Source: a virus. From it: a stretch of 64,000 bases of DNA. Shown piece by piece: positions 47,895 to 58,633 of the stretch; positions within the stretch are counted from its first letter, which is position 1; each line of letters opens with the position of its first letter. The notes below the pieces were generated by a model, which was given only the letters and a program-made list of their open reading frames with translations, did no database searches and had not been told where the DNA came from. The DNA lies in the IMG/VR virus record IMGVR_UViG_3300031952_000005, positions 41,465 through 105,464 of that record; one strand, written 5' to 3'. A program made the position numbers and the translations under genes.

Positions 47895-49547
47895 CTAAAA
47901 TGATCCACCAGTAATAGGGTTTCTCATAACAATTTTCAACACTTTAGTTGGATCTTTTACCCAGATACTTGGCATAGTTTGAGTCATAAATACTCTATAA
48001 CCATTAAAGTTTCCAGAAGATGCAAATCCTTGAGATCTACCCATATAGTCCATAGTACCATTTTGGTAGAACCACTTCATCTCGCTATCCCATTTAAGTT
48101 TCAACAAAAAGATGTTATCATTTGTATTGTCAGTAATATCAAATACAATGAAGTTGTAAGATGATAATGGATATCCATCAATGATAGGATTTTCAATATC
48201 ATTTGTATGAACGTTGTCAAATGCAGGATTCAATACAAATTTCACATTTGCCAAGAAAGGAATTGTGTAAGATGTAAATGCAAATCCAAAGTTTAAGTCC
48301 ATTGCGTTATTACCAGTAATAGCACCAACACCAGACTTATCCATGTTTGCAACAAGTCCATTGTAAGAAGAACCTAAGTTTGCACTAAACGCTTCTTTTT
48401 TGATAGACTCATTAACCATTCTCATACCAGCCATACCCGTTTGTACAATGATTTGACGACCTGGATCTGGTCCTTTGAATTCTACTTTACCATTGTAGAA
48501 GTTGAAGATTTCTGATCTGAACAATTCTAAGTTGAAAGTAGACTTGTTGTAGATTCTCTTGAATGAGTTATCTAACTGAGACCAAAGTCCTACTGATAAT
48601 CTAATATCATCTGGACCATCTTGTTTGATTCTACCACCTTGTCCCCACATCAAGTAAGTCTCAATGTCATTTGCAACTTTTGATAAGTGAGCTGCTTCAA
48701 GGTTTGTAACAAATGAACGAGATAGATTACCATTATCATAAGATTTTTTAATCCAATCTTTACCCATTGTTTTTACCATGTCATCAATCTTAGTGATAGA
48801 TGGATCAAGGTTTTTGTCAAATGATCTCCAGATTTCAGTTACAGGAACTGTACCATCTGCATTAAGACCACCTTTCATCATCATGTCTGCACGAGATGAG
48901 ATAGAATAATGTACGTGAGCCTCAGCACCTCCAACAAAGTTGTAGTATTCTCTGAAACCATTCTGTAATTCTCCGATGTCAGAAAATTTTTCACCATATT
49001 CTCCACGAGCAGAACCTTTTCTGAAGAATTTAGTACCTGGTTTAAGGTATTTTTTGTCTAACGTAGCAGTGTTATTGTTGTTTACCAACTGTACAGTGTA
49101 GATGAAACCATCTCCTGTAGGAAGAATATCTTCTGAAGGTACAACATACAATTCAAGACCTTTGTATTTGTCATAAGTGATGATATCACCAGAACCAAAT
49201 ATACGTCTGTTGATTTTAATTTTGAACAATACTCCATCAGCTCCTAGAGCAGTTTGAGTAGGTTCTACATCTTCAACAATGTAAGGAAGATCTTGTACGA
49301 TTGGTGTTTGCCATTTGTACTCTCCACGAGCATTGTCTACCATTATGGTGTTTTTACCACCAAAAGATGCCATCTGATAAAGAGGCATTTCTACCTTTTG
49401 CGTCATTGCCCATAAGTCAACAGGTCCTAAATCCATAGGTTCTGAAGTCTTTAGCATATTTTGCAAATGGTATGAGTCTACATGCGAACTTACCTTGTAA
49501 GTTGTGTCACGCAAGAAGAGACCATTGTTTAAAACAGGTGTTGCCAT
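47895..49547 (-). CDS. Major capsid protein (crAss-like, HK97 fold)
   Basis: 550 aa after portal and scaffold; high-expression codon bias; C-terminal IWVKDPTKVLKI motif. Confidence 0.88.
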   Translation of the reverse strand: MATPVLNNGLFLRDTTYKVSSHVDSYHLQNMLKTSEPMDLGPVDLWAMTQKVEMPLYQMASFGGKNTIMVDNARGEYKWQTPIVQDLPYIVEDVEPTQTALGADGVLFKIKINRRIFGSGDIITYDKYKGLELYVVPSEDILPTGDGFIYTVQLVNNNNTATLDKKYLKPGTKFFRKGSARGEYGEKFSDIGELQNGFREYYNFVGGAEAHVHYSISSRADMMMKGGLNADGTVPVTEIWRSFDKNLDPSITKIDDMVKTMGKDWIKKSYDNGNLSRSFVTNLEAAHLSKVANDIETYLMWGQGGRIKQDGPDDIRLSVGLWSQLDNSFKRIYNKSTFNLELFRSEIFNFYNGKVEFKGPDPGRQIIVQTGMAGMRMVNESIKKEAFSANLGSSYNGLVANMDKSGVGAITGNNAMDLNFGFAFTSYTIPFLANVKFVLNPAFDNVHTNDIENPIIDGYPLSSYNFIVFDITDNTNDNIFLLKLKWDSEMKWFYQNGTMDYMGRSQGFASSGNFNGYRVFMTQTMPSIWVKDPTKVLKIVMRNPITGGSF

Positions 49548-49590
49548 TGTAATTGATTAATTAAGGTTATTATTATTATTGTTTGTCAAG

Positions 49591-50835
49591 TTATCTTCTA
49601 AATATATTTTGAGGTTTACTCAATTTCTTTGTTGGTATTTTATCATCTTCTTCTTCTTTAACATAAGAAGATATCTTACGAGCTTCTTCTGTTTTCAGTT
49701 TCTTTACTGTTTCTTGTACCACTTCATTCTTTGCTTGTTTTCTAATGTTTTCTTTATAATCATCTGGATCAGAAAGTAACCATAGTGTTTCAGCAATTAA
49801 ATCATATCTTGGTTTTTGACCAAACTGATAATCTTCTAATAGTTTACCAAGCAAGTTGGTTGGTCTACCAGTAAGACTTTCATACTTTACTGTTGTAAGT
49901 TCATCCCACAACATCTTTTGTCTTTTACCATCTATTTTAACACCATTCAACTCAGATGGTTTTAAAGTTTCATATATGTTAGACATATACGCTTCTTTCT
50001 TTTGTTGTTGTTGTTGCTTGTATGCTTCTTGTTGTGCAAGTTTTGATTGAACAACTTCTTCTTGCATGTCATTCAATTTTGGTTGAAACTGTATTGCTTT
50101 CTTTTGCAAATTACCATTGTCAAACCATTCTTGAATTTGTTCTTCAATTAACTCTTGATCACCACCACCAAATCCAGATGCTTGTAAATATTGTCTAACA
50201 ATAATTTCCTGATGTTCTGGTTGACGCGCATCAAGTGATCTTACTTCTTCAACTTGTGAAAGTGCTCTAAATAGACCTTTTAAATCTTGTCCACCTTTAG
50301 CAACATACTCTGCAGCATATTGTAATTCTTCAGGTAAACTTTCAAAGAACTCTTTTGGCGTAGCAGACGCAACTTCATTTTTCATGTTGTCCACATTTGC
50401 CTTCCATAAATCTTCAAAATCTTTCTCAGAAAGACCTCCAAGATATTCATCTAATGATTGTTTAGAATCATCATAATCATCAAAGGCAAACATCTCATTA
50501 CCTTCAATTCTTTTTTTAAGAAAATCTACTAAACCACTTTTATCAGTTTTCTTTCTACCTAATTTTGGTTTATCATCTTCTTCAATTTCTTCACCAGTTT
50601 CTAATGCATTGTCTAATTCTGCAATAATATTATTAGTACTATTTTCATCATCATCTTTTGTATTGTCATCCAAGAAATCCATGTTAACTGATTTGTTGGG
50701 AGCAGTAAACAAACTTGGTTTACTATTTTCATCATCTGATGTTACAATACTTTCTGCACCAGGCATTGGTAAAAAATCGTCAATGTTATCTAATGTAACA
50801 TTATTAACTGTCAAATTGTCTTTTTCTGAACTCAT
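49591..50835 (-). CDS. Capsid scaffolding-like protein
   Basis: Acidic N-terminus, coiled coil, between portal and MCP. Confidence 0.7.
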   Translation of the reverse strand: MSSEKDNLTVNNVTLDNIDDFLPMPGAESIVTSDDENSKPSLFTAPNKSVNMDFLDDNTKDDDENSTNNIIAELDNALETGEEIEEDDKPKLGRKKTDKSGLVDFLKKRIEGNEMFAFDDYDDSKQSLDEYLGGLSEKDFEDLWKANVDNMKNEVASATPKEFFESLPEELQYAAEYVAKGGQDLKGLFRALSQVEEVRSLDARQPEHQEIIVRQYLQASGFGGGDQELIEEQIQEWFDNGNLQKKAIQFQPKLNDMQEEVVQSKLAQQEAYKQQQQQKKEAYMSNIYETLKPSELNGVKIDGKRQKMLWDELTTVKYESLTGRPTNLLGKLLEDYQFGQKPRYDLIAETLWLLSDPDDYKENIRKQAKNEVVQETVKKLKTEEARKISSYVKEEEDDKIPTKKLSKPQNIFRR

Positions 50836-50867
50836 GTTTTTTGTTATTAGTTTAATTCCTGTTCTTC

Positions 50868-50883
50868 TTCATATATAATCTAC
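50868..50883 (-). promoter_or_regulatory. Variant candidate late promoter upstream of scaffold/MCP
   Basis: GTAGATTATATATGAA; 3 differences from the consensus. Confidence 0.4.
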
Positions 50884-50957
50884 ATAATAAATTTTTAAGA
50901 TTTATTAATATGCAATAATATTTTTAACTTTTTTCGACTATAACGCTATGATTACTT

Positions 50958-53705
50958 TTACTTCTTTTTCGAAGTACTATTAGCATCATATTTGTTCTTG
51001 TTCATTGCAGCAATCTGAACTTGTTTGTCAGCAATACGTTCACGTGTTTGTAACTCTTGTGTTTGAATATTTGCTTTACGTTGTTCGTTTACTTGCTGGT
51101 TAATTTGTTTATCACGTTGCATTGATGCGTTATCATCACGTGCATTCTTTTCATCAAGATACTTTAACGTATCAATATAATCAGATTGTTTGTTCTCATC
51201 ACGATCTTGCATTGCTGTAAATCCAGCAGAACGTATCTCTGCTTCTCGTATATTGTTATCTCTATCCAGTTGATTTTGTTCTGCGTCAAATGCAAGTTTC
51301 TTATCTTGTCTTTCAGTTTCTGCTTGTTGCGCCATTTCAATACCTTGTTGTGTAGCTTGTTGTTCTTGTTGACGTTGAGCATTAACTTTCTCTTCAATTG
51401 CTTTAAGAGTATGTGTAATCTCTGCCATAGAATCTGCTTTAATAATATTACCAAGATCATAAATAGATGCACCAGCAGTATTATTAGATAATGCAAGTGA
51501 TCTTATCTGTTCAGTAATAGCACGTTGATTTACTTTTGTAGATGTAAATACATTTAACTCTCTGGACAATAATTCTGTACCATTCATTTCAAAATTTACC
51601 TTTTCATCCATTGTGGTCATATACTGCAATCTAACACTTGGTCTATTACTATGATAGTATTGTGCAAGGTCTGTACGCATCTGATGCACGCGAGGCATTA
51701 AGTGTTCACTATGTTGAACAAAGTACATTTCTGTTTGCGAGTAAGATGCATTCAATGCTTGTGTTACACCTGTTGCTGTTTCTTGTGAAGTAGGACTACC
51801 AAGACGTTGAGGTGTAAGACCTATTAGTTCAAATGCTTGTGTTTTAAAATAAGTAGATAATTGTATACGAGAAAGTAAACGTTGTGTCTGTTCTAAATTA
51901 AGTACTTGATAATGTTGGAAATTAAGAGCATTTTCTGTATTTGTAATAGAAGTATCAAGAGGTAACATTTGAAAATCTTTCATTGCTACATATGCTTTTG
52001 CAAAATTGTTTGCTCCCCAGTCTTCTCCCATAGAGTGACGTGGTAATGCATTCTGATCTAACATGATTACGGTACCTAACTCATCTACAAGAATATCAGC
52101 AATCTGATTATTAACAAGATTGTATCCTATTTGGAAAGGTTTCATCTTATCAATAAGTGATCTTGACTTAGTATTTCTATCTGAAAATACACGACCTTCT
52201 ACAGGAAGTTTGCAACCATATAAAGTAAAGTCTCCTTTGAACTGAAACTTTACAGGACCAATATTAAGGTATATTGGAGCAAATCCCGTACTGTCGTTAT
52301 TACCATAGAATGATGGTCTATTTGGTCCAATCTTAACACCACCCCACGTTTGATTGATCCATATCCAATCAATATGTTCTCCATAAAGTAAATTATCTTT
52401 TGATTTGTTTTTTAATACTGTGTTATCATATAATGGTTTATCAGTAACCTTATAATTCTCATCAATAATCATTTCTAATGGAATACCTTCTTCGTCAATT
52501 TTTGTAAGATGTCCCACCATACGTTGTGATTTCCAGTATACAGTAGTTACACGCAATAATGAATAGTTACTAAAGTCCATTAAATCTTCAGATTCATTTA
52601 GTATTCTATAAATAATATCATCACCTGTATTTAATATTGCATCTCTATGTGCAACAAATTGACGCATGCCAAGAGAAGGTCCTTCAACATTCCACTCATG
52701 AGAACGTGTAGCATCGTAGAATGAACCATCATTTTGTACACCAGGTAACATGTATCCTGCAGATTTTACTGGATATATTACTTCTAGTGCAGCAAGTTGT
52801 TCTTCATTCATCATGTATCCATACTTATCAATGATGTCAGAAATAGTCATAAGATCCATCCGACCTGCCCAGTTAGATTGAGATATATATCTTGCTTCTG
52901 GTGATTTATGATAAAAAGTTAATAGTGGATTCCATAGTTCTAATTCATAATCATCTTCGCGCATGTTAAAATGCCAAAACTCTCTATCTGTAATAAGCAT
53001 GTCTTTAAATGCAAGATTCTCAAGTTCTTTCATTGTAAAACGCTCACTATCAACTTCATGTTGATGTGACGCCCATTGTTCAATCATAGAACGATAATCT
53101 TTTTTAAAGAACTGTTCTATTTCTGGTAATGATTTTATTTTATCAGGACTCATCATTTCCTGTGCTTGTTTTGCTTGTTCAGGATCTTGCAAATCCATAC
53201 CCATTTGTTGGATTGTTTGTTGCATTTTTTGTTCACCATAATGAACAAGTGTCTCCTCAATCATGCTTCTTTTCATTTCAGCCATTTCATTGAATGACGC
53301 GTCATCTACTGCACGATATGTAATTTTATCATTACGCTTTGCAAATTCACCAGTAAGCACATTTATTACATTTGGTATAATAGGAAAGAATTTTAACTCA
53401 AACGCAGACTCGTCTTCTTTTGTAAGAGTGTCAATTAAATCTGCCATTTCATTATCTTCTTCAATCAGATAGTCAGATTTATCTATAATACCATTTGCAA
53501 GTTTGTAGTTCTTCATTAAACGTCTAGCATTACGTCTAATCATCTTCAGTCCTTGCATTTCATGCCAGTCCATATTCCATGCACCCCATGTTACATCTTT
53601 GTCTTTTGTTAACAAAAACTGAACAGGTTGGGTAATTGTACCCATTCTGTTATATTCTGATTTTGCACCACTTTTTAGTTGTAGAGCATTATATATTTTT
53701 GGCAT
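50958..53705 (-). CDS. Portal protein
   Basis: 915 aa after TerL; FFPIIPNVINVLTGEFAKR, CKLPVEG, SLIDKMKPFQIGYN, ELIGLTPQRLG; Q-rich C-terminal coiled coil. Confidence 0.9.
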   Translation of the reverse strand: MPKIYNALQLKSGAKSEYNRMGTITQPVQFLLTKDKDVTWGAWNMDWHEMQGLKMIRRNARRLMKNYKLANGIIDKSDYLIEEDNEMADLIDTLTKEDESAFELKFFPIIPNVINVLTGEFAKRNDKITYRAVDDASFNEMAEMKRSMIEETLVHYGEQKMQQTIQQMGMDLQDPEQAKQAQEMMSPDKIKSLPEIEQFFKKDYRSMIEQWASHQHEVDSERFTMKELENLAFKDMLITDREFWHFNMREDDYELELWNPLLTFYHKSPEARYISQSNWAGRMDLMTISDIIDKYGYMMNEEQLAALEVIYPVKSAGYMLPGVQNDGSFYDATRSHEWNVEGPSLGMRQFVAHRDAILNTGDDIIYRILNESEDLMDFSNYSLLRVTTVYWKSQRMVGHLTKIDEEGIPLEMIIDENYKVTDKPLYDNTVLKNKSKDNLLYGEHIDWIWINQTWGGVKIGPNRPSFYGNNDSTGFAPIYLNIGPVKFQFKGDFTLYGCKLPVEGRVFSDRNTKSRSLIDKMKPFQIGYNLVNNQIADILVDELGTVIMLDQNALPRHSMGEDWGANNFAKAYVAMKDFQMLPLDTSITNTENALNFQHYQVLNLEQTQRLLSRIQLSTYFKTQAFELIGLTPQRLGSPTSQETATGVTQALNASYSQTEMYFVQHSEHLMPRVHQMRTDLAQYYHSNRPSVRLQYMTTMDEKVNFEMNGTELLSRELNVFTSTKVNQRAITEQIRSLALSNNTAGASIYDLGNIIKADSMAEITHTLKAIEEKVNAQRQQEQQATQQGIEMAQQAETERQDKKLAFDAEQNQLDRDNNIREAEIRSAGFTAMQDRDENKQSDYIDTLKYLDEKNARDDNASMQRDKQINQQVNEQRKANIQTQELQTRERIADKQVQIAAMNKNKYDANSTSKKK

Positions 53706-53736
53706 AATTTATATATTTTGACGAAGTTATATATTA

Positions 53737-55950
53737 TTATTTAATATTTTTAAATGGATTGTATGGTTTTCTTACTGTTTCTTTATTACCAAACATAGAC
53801 TTACCAGAAGTACCAATATGCTTAAAAGGACTCACTCTTAATTTAGCATATTTATTTGACTTTTGCAAATTATCATCTTCTCTTTCAATACGTTTGGTGT
53901 ATCCACGATTAGATTGTTGTACTTTTGCAAATGCAACTAATGCACAAAATGCTACAATTCTATCTACGTTTAATCCATCTCGATATGCTGCCATTTCTTT
54001 AAGTAACATAATATCAGGTATTCTTTCTACACCATATGTAGTTTTTACAATAGTACCATCTGTTTTTGTTTCATGATCTAACTCTTCTTCAAGAAACTGT
54101 TTACCATAAGGTATTATATTTCCTTTAAACATTGTACCTACGTTTTTCCAACCATACTCTTGAAACACATTCATATTTGCTTGTATTTCTTTTAAGAACA
54201 TAATCTGATTTTTTGGAACCAAATACTTTTGCTTTCTACGTGCAATCATGTGCTGAATAAATGCACTAACGTTATTTTCACATATTGTCCAAGCATTATA
54301 CCACTCTATTATAAGTTCGAGTCTCTCGTGCGTTTTATTTAAGTCATCAAATCTTCCACACCATGCAGCAACAATTTTGTCTCCTTCAATTGCAGATTCA
54401 ATTGTACCATCTGATTTATGTGTAGTAATTTCTTGTGATGTTTTATAAATATATATAGAACACAAAGAGTCAGAAGTATTTGTTTTACCTTCTGCAACAG
54501 GATCGACAGAACCATAATACATTCCAAAACCAGGATCTTTATGTGGTCTTTCCCATACTACTAATACTCCTTCTTTATCTTGTGTTTTTGGAGATAATGG
54601 AAACTCTGATATAGGTATTTTTTTAGATTCTTTTGCTGTAATTTTTCCAGTCTCATCACGTGATAAATCTAAAAACTCTTTGAAGTATTCTCCATCTTCA
54701 ATTCTTCTTACTTGCTGTGTAACTAAATGTAAAGGAAATACTGATTTAGTTCTATGTGCAAATGCTTCTGCAATGTTAATAGGTTTCTGAGAAATACGAA
54801 GTTGGTAGTCATCTGGTTTAAGTTTCTTTTTCCAATCAAGTCTTTCTTCAAGAATCATTTCTAATGCTCTCTCTACCTGCGAGTTACCAAATTCATCTAT
54901 GCAAGGAAGCATCGACCATTGTTCAGGAATGAACAATCCACATTGTGCAATTTCACCTTTGTCGTTTAGTAAGTTTGTTTCAACAGCTAGTACATCTTTA
55001 CTATCAGGATTCAACAACATTTCACGCAATGGTTCACATTGAGTAAGATCTCCTACAGAACCTGCTGCTATAAATTGTCCAGTATATATCATACCAGATT
55101 TCATTGCAGGAAGTAAGTATTCCATTGTCATATTCATCTTTGGAGCAATACCTGCTTCTTCATGATAAAACAATGTACAAGGTCCTCCTACACCATTAGT
55201 AGGATCTTTATCAAGTACCAATCCAAATATAACAGATTTTAATCCTATATCACGTTTTCTACCACCTTGATTGATTTCAATCTTTTGTTCCCAGTTAAGA
55301 ACTTTATCAGGTGTACACGGTCTGTACCATGCAGTGTAAGTATTAAGAAAGTTTCTATATTCTTCAAGAAAACGCCAAGTACCTTTTTCACCAATATAGT
55401 CTTTTAGTGAACCTGCCATTTTATTAATACTACCTTCTTCAAACCAGAAGTAATTTATCATTTTTGCACCATGATAATAACTAGATGCAATCTGACGTTT
55501 CTTTAATATAACAGCGTGTTTGTATAAGTGTCTTCCTATTTCTTCATAGAGTGCCATATGATACTGAGCATCTCTAACTTTTGCAAATCCATATTTTGCT
55601 TCTTCTTTATCGTAGATTGGTAAGAAGTTTAACCACATGTAGTATTCTCTTGTTAGATACCAAGATGTACTTTTGTTTTTATAAATTACACCATTTCTAC
55701 ATTTTAGTTTTTGATCGTTCCAGTAAGTGATATAGTCTTTTGAACGCAAAGGTGCTATGCAATATACTTTATTATTTTTATTAAACAGTGTAGCTTGTTC
55801 ATTAAATTTCTGAGAACACTCATCAAAGTTGTATTGACCAGGTTCTTTAAATATAGACCACATGTATTCAACAAATAATTCTCTTGTTTTAAACTCTGTT
55901 GTTGACCACACATCTGTTGCACAATCATATGTAGGTATTGTTATGTACAT
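53737..55950 (-). CDS. terL: Terminase large subunit
   Basis: Walker A-like LKKRQIASSY, Walker B LFYHEEAG, nuclease GSVDPV, CENN, NVDRIVA. Confidence 0.92.
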   Translation of the reverse strand: MYITIPTYDCATDVWSTTEFKTRELFVEYMWSIFKEPGQYNFDECSQKFNEQATLFNKNNKVYCIAPLRSKDYITYWNDQKLKCRNGVIYKNKSTSWYLTREYYMWLNFLPIYDKEEAKYGFAKVRDAQYHMALYEEIGRHLYKHAVILKKRQIASSYYHGAKMINYFWFEEGSINKMAGSLKDYIGEKGTWRFLEEYRNFLNTYTAWYRPCTPDKVLNWEQKIEINQGGRKRDIGLKSVIFGLVLDKDPTNGVGGPCTLFYHEEAGIAPKMNMTMEYLLPAMKSGMIYTGQFIAAGSVGDLTQCEPLREMLLNPDSKDVLAVETNLLNDKGEIAQCGLFIPEQWSMLPCIDEFGNSQVERALEMILEERLDWKKKLKPDDYQLRISQKPINIAEAFAHRTKSVFPLHLVTQQVRRIEDGEYFKEFLDLSRDETGKITAKESKKIPISEFPLSPKTQDKEGVLVVWERPHKDPGFGMYYGSVDPVAEGKTNTSDSLCSIYIYKTSQEITTHKSDGTIESAIEGDKIVAAWCGRFDDLNKTHERLELIIEWYNAWTICENNVSAFIQHMIARRKQKYLVPKNQIMFLKEIQANMNVFQEYGWKNVGTMFKGNIIPYGKQFLEEELDHETKTDGTIVKTTYGVERIPDIMLLKEMAAYRDGLNVDRIVAFCALVAFAKVQQSNRGYTKRIEREDDNLQKSNKYAKLRVSPFKHIGTSGKSMFGNKETVRKPYNPFKNIK

Positions 55951-56132
55951 AAATGATAGGTATATAAAATTTCTATTAACGTATGAAATTCAGGTGCTGA
56001 ATATACAGGATGTATTTTTTCACTATTATTCCAGTAAGCATTGGCGTCTTCTCTATTAAAAACATTCCATTGTTTTGTATGCGGATTATAATGAAATAAC
56101 CAACTGTATAATCTATTGTCTTCTTTTTTCAT
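55941..56132 (-). CDS. Hypothetical protein (63 aa)
   Basis: ORF in operon with AT-rich start context. Confidence 0.6.
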   Translation of the reverse strand: MKKEDNRLYSWLFHYNPHTKQWNVFNREDANAYWNNSEKIHPVYSAPEFHTLIEILYTYHLCT

Positions 56133-56137
56133 AATAT

Positions 56138-56653
56138 TTACATTTGATCATAAGCAATTTGACTTCCTCCTCTTGCAGAACCTGTTTGTTCTTCCATTAA
56201 ATCTTTATAAGCACCTCTAAATGAGAGTCTTATGTTTTCAAATTTGGCAGCAGCATTTACAATAGAGTTGATGTTACCATCTCTACCATCTGTAAGCGTA
56301 CTTGTTCCCATATAACCAGCTAGTCTATCTAACATCGATTTGATACCCATGTACGCGCGCAACGTAGGAGTCTCGTACAATTTTGTGCAAAACTTGAGAG
56401 CGTCAACGATAAGTTCATCTTCAGTAGTAAAATTAACATTAAGCTGCGAAAGTATAAGTTCTTCTTTTTCATATTCTATAGTATTAAAGAAAGGATTTAA
56501 ATCAGGATTTGGACATGTCATATAAAAAAGATAAGCAAATATATTATTATAGTCATCTGGATATTCATCAATTATCATTTTTAAATCTCTTAGTGTATAA
56601 CAATGTTCACTAGGAACTACTGTTCCATTTTGAATATCAAATAATTTTACCAT
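56138..56653 (-). CDS. Putative terminase small subunit
   Basis: 171 aa upstream of TerL; C-terminal ARGG...YDQ; positional inference. Confidence 0.5.
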   Translation of the reverse strand: MVKLFDIQNGTVVPSEHCYTLRDLKMIIDEYPDDYNNIFAYLFYMTCPNPDLNPFFNTIEYEKEELILSQLNVNFTTEDELIVDALKFCTKLYETPTLRAYMGIKSMLDRLAGYMGTSTLTDGRDGNINSIVNAAAKFENIRLSFRGAYKDLMEEQTGSARGGSQIAYDQM

Positions 56654-56658
56654 GTTTT

Positions 56659-57504
56659 TTATTTTTTAATTACTGCACTAGGATTTTGTTTGTACCAGTT
56701 AAGTATATCGATAACTTCTTGTTTTAAATATTCTAGTTCATACACTTCTACATCACGAATAATAGGATCTCCTTCAACAGATACTTTCATAATTGGATAA
56801 CCATACTCATCTTTTTCTTCTTCCTCTTCAAAAGTAATATGATGAATAATTAATTTACCAGGTTTTAAACTAGGATTGTGTTTCAGTATAATATACATAT
56901 AAATACTGAGTTGCAGATTATAATGATTTATGTTACAGTCATCTAAATGTGCAACAGGAGCAAGCATTTTCTTAGAAAGACCTTCCCAGTTTACAAAAGA
57001 ATTTATATCAATCTTTTTATTAGTTTTATAATCTGTTATATGAACAATATTATCTACTACTTCTACAAGATCTGATTGACCACATATACCAGCAGATTTT
57101 AAATACACCATGTGTTCTGGATAAATACCATTGATTAATTTCTGTAAAGGTGCTAGTTTTTTACCTGTACCGTCTAGTAGTGGTTTTATAACTGGTAATT
57201 CAAACTCATGTCTAACCATTGTCTCACAACCTACAATATCTTGTTCACGTTGGTCGTGATACCAGTTACCTAATGCACATGCTCTATCTGCTTCACGCTT
57301 CCATGCTTTTTGTATTGCACCAGGTGTCATACCTTTCCACTTGTTATCTTTACGAGTATTCTTAGAACATTTAAGTGCAATTGCTTCAGAATCAAATGGT
57401 TGCTTTAAGTTACTAAGCAATGTAGTTACAGATACCCATTTAGTTTTATCTTCTGGATCTAACGATACATAAGAGTGTGTTGCTGCTTCAAATACTATTG
57501 CCAT
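56659..57504 (-). CDS. PD-(D/E)XK (RecB/Cas4-like) nuclease
   Basis: SVTT, GNWYH, GQSDLV, ITDYKTNK and YNLQLSIY motifs. Confidence 0.85.
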   Translation of the reverse strand: MAIVFEAATHSYVSLDPEDKTKWVSVTTLLSNLKQPFDSEAIALKCSKNTRKDNKWKGMTPGAIQKAWKREADRACALGNWYHDQREQDIVGCETMVRHEFELPVIKPLLDGTGKKLAPLQKLINGIYPEHMVYLKSAGICGQSDLVEVVDNIVHITDYKTNKKIDINSFVNWEGLSKKMLAPVAHLDDCNINHYNLQLSIYMYIILKHNPSLKPGKLIIHHITFEEEEEKDEYGYPIMKVSVEGDPIIRDVEVYELEYLKQEVIDILNWYKQNPSAVIKK

Positions 57505-57506
57505 GA

Positions 57507-57815
57507 TTAATTATTTATTTGTTTTAAAAGTGCTGTTTCTTCTTCTTCTGTAAGTTCTGCTTTCCAAAATCCTTTAGGACATTCAGATGCCAGCGATCTT
57601 GTTTTTAACTTTAATGAACAACCACATTCAGAACAACAAGGTTGTGTACCAGGTAATGCGCACTTACTACCATCATTGTCTACAAACTCACAATTTTTGC
57701 ATATTTCATTTCTAAAAAATGCAATGTTTTCTACGTGTGCTGTCTTGAACATATTGTTCTTGATACCTTCCATAATCAGTCCACGATTTTTCCAGATTCT
57801 AATAGGATTTGCCAT
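57507..57815 (-). CDS. Cys-rich zinc-binding protein
   Basis: CKNC...C...CCSECGC...KTR...CPKGFW. Confidence 0.7.
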   Translation of the reverse strand: MANPIRIWKNRGLIMEGIKNNMFKTAHVENIAFFRNEICKNCEFVDNDGSKCALPGTQPCCSECGCSLKLKTRSLASECPKGFWKAELTEEEETALLKQINN

Positions 57816-58191
57816 CTTTAAATTCTTTTGTTTTTAGTTTGACTTCATGTTTTCTGTCTTGTTCTGCTCTCATCAATTCTAACAATGCCATGTACTCTGC
57901 AATTTCTTTTCTTTTTTGAATAATCAACTCATAAGTTTGTACAGATATGTCATCATCAGTTTCAATTTTTTGTACAAATAACACATTCTTTCTTATCTTT
58001 TCCTCAAGTGACTTTTTCTTTATTACAAAAGTTCCCAAATTAGGAACAAATACAGAATGATGGTGTGCAGATGATAATTTTTTTTGTACAGATTTATAGT
58101 AAAAAGATATAATTTTATCTACAGTATCCACTGGCAATTGCAATTGTTCAGCAGTTTTTTCTACTAATGTCTTACGCTTTATTGGATTCAA
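57799..58191 (-). CDS. HU/IHF-like DNA-binding protein
   Basis: LVEKTAEQL...VDKII...VFVPNLGTFVIK. Confidence 0.7.
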   Translation of the reverse strand: MNPIKRKTLVEKTAEQLQLPVDTVDKIISFYYKSVQKKLSSAHHHSVFVPNLGTFVIKKKSLEEKIRKNVLFVQKIETDDDISVQTYELIIQKRKEIAEYMALLELMRAEQDRKHEVKLKTKEFKDGKSY

Positions 58192-58567
58192 CTGCTAAAT
58201 AATTATAGTCTAGTAATATGTTACCTTCTGACTGTATATTAATATCTGGATTTAAACTGATTATCTTTCTACCAGTTTTAGACTTAGTTACAATATTTCT
58301 TTTTTCCAATTTAACTATTCTATTACGCACATTTTGTGAACGTATAGATAAATCTTCTGGAGCAGTATTAGGATACAATTGTTTTGCAGCATCCATGCAA
58401 AAACCTACAAGTTCCATTGGTCCCCACATTACTAGTAATATCAGTATGTCAAGATCAGAAGGAATAAGATATTCATTTTTGAAGAATACTATTTCTGTTA
58501 TTAACTGATACTTAATTACATCAGAATTGCTTACTCGTAGTTTTTTTGTTACTTTTTTTACTTCCAT
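58172..58567 (-). CDS. Putative winged-helix DNA-binding protein
   Basis: SQNVRNRIVKLEKRNIV...ISLNP pattern. Confidence 0.5.
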   Translation of the reverse strand: MEVKKVTKKLRVSNSDVIKYQLITEIVFFKNEYLIPSDLDILILLVMWGPMELVGFCMDAAKQLYPNTAPEDLSIRSQNVRNRIVKLEKRNIVTKSKTGRKIISLNPDINIQSEGNILLDYNYLAVESNKA

Positions 58568-58633
58568 TTCTTCTTCTAATGTTTGTTATTTCATACATAA
58601 ATGTATGATTTTGTACAATATACTGTACATTTG

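Noticed and set aside
43104-47897. Stop-codon recoding (TAG to Gln) as in some crAss-like phages; the MCP and 543-aa genes end in TAG with a TAA two codons later
   Set aside because: All long genes are intact in code 11 and there is no suppressor tRNA in the window.
47895-55950. Introns or inteins in terminase, portal or capsid genes
   Set aside because: ORFs are uninterrupted and of expected size; no intein splice motifs noticed.
56659-57504. Cas4-like nuclease as a sign of a CRISPR system
   Set aside because: No repeat-spacer array or other cas genes seen; it is a common stand-alone phage nuclease.
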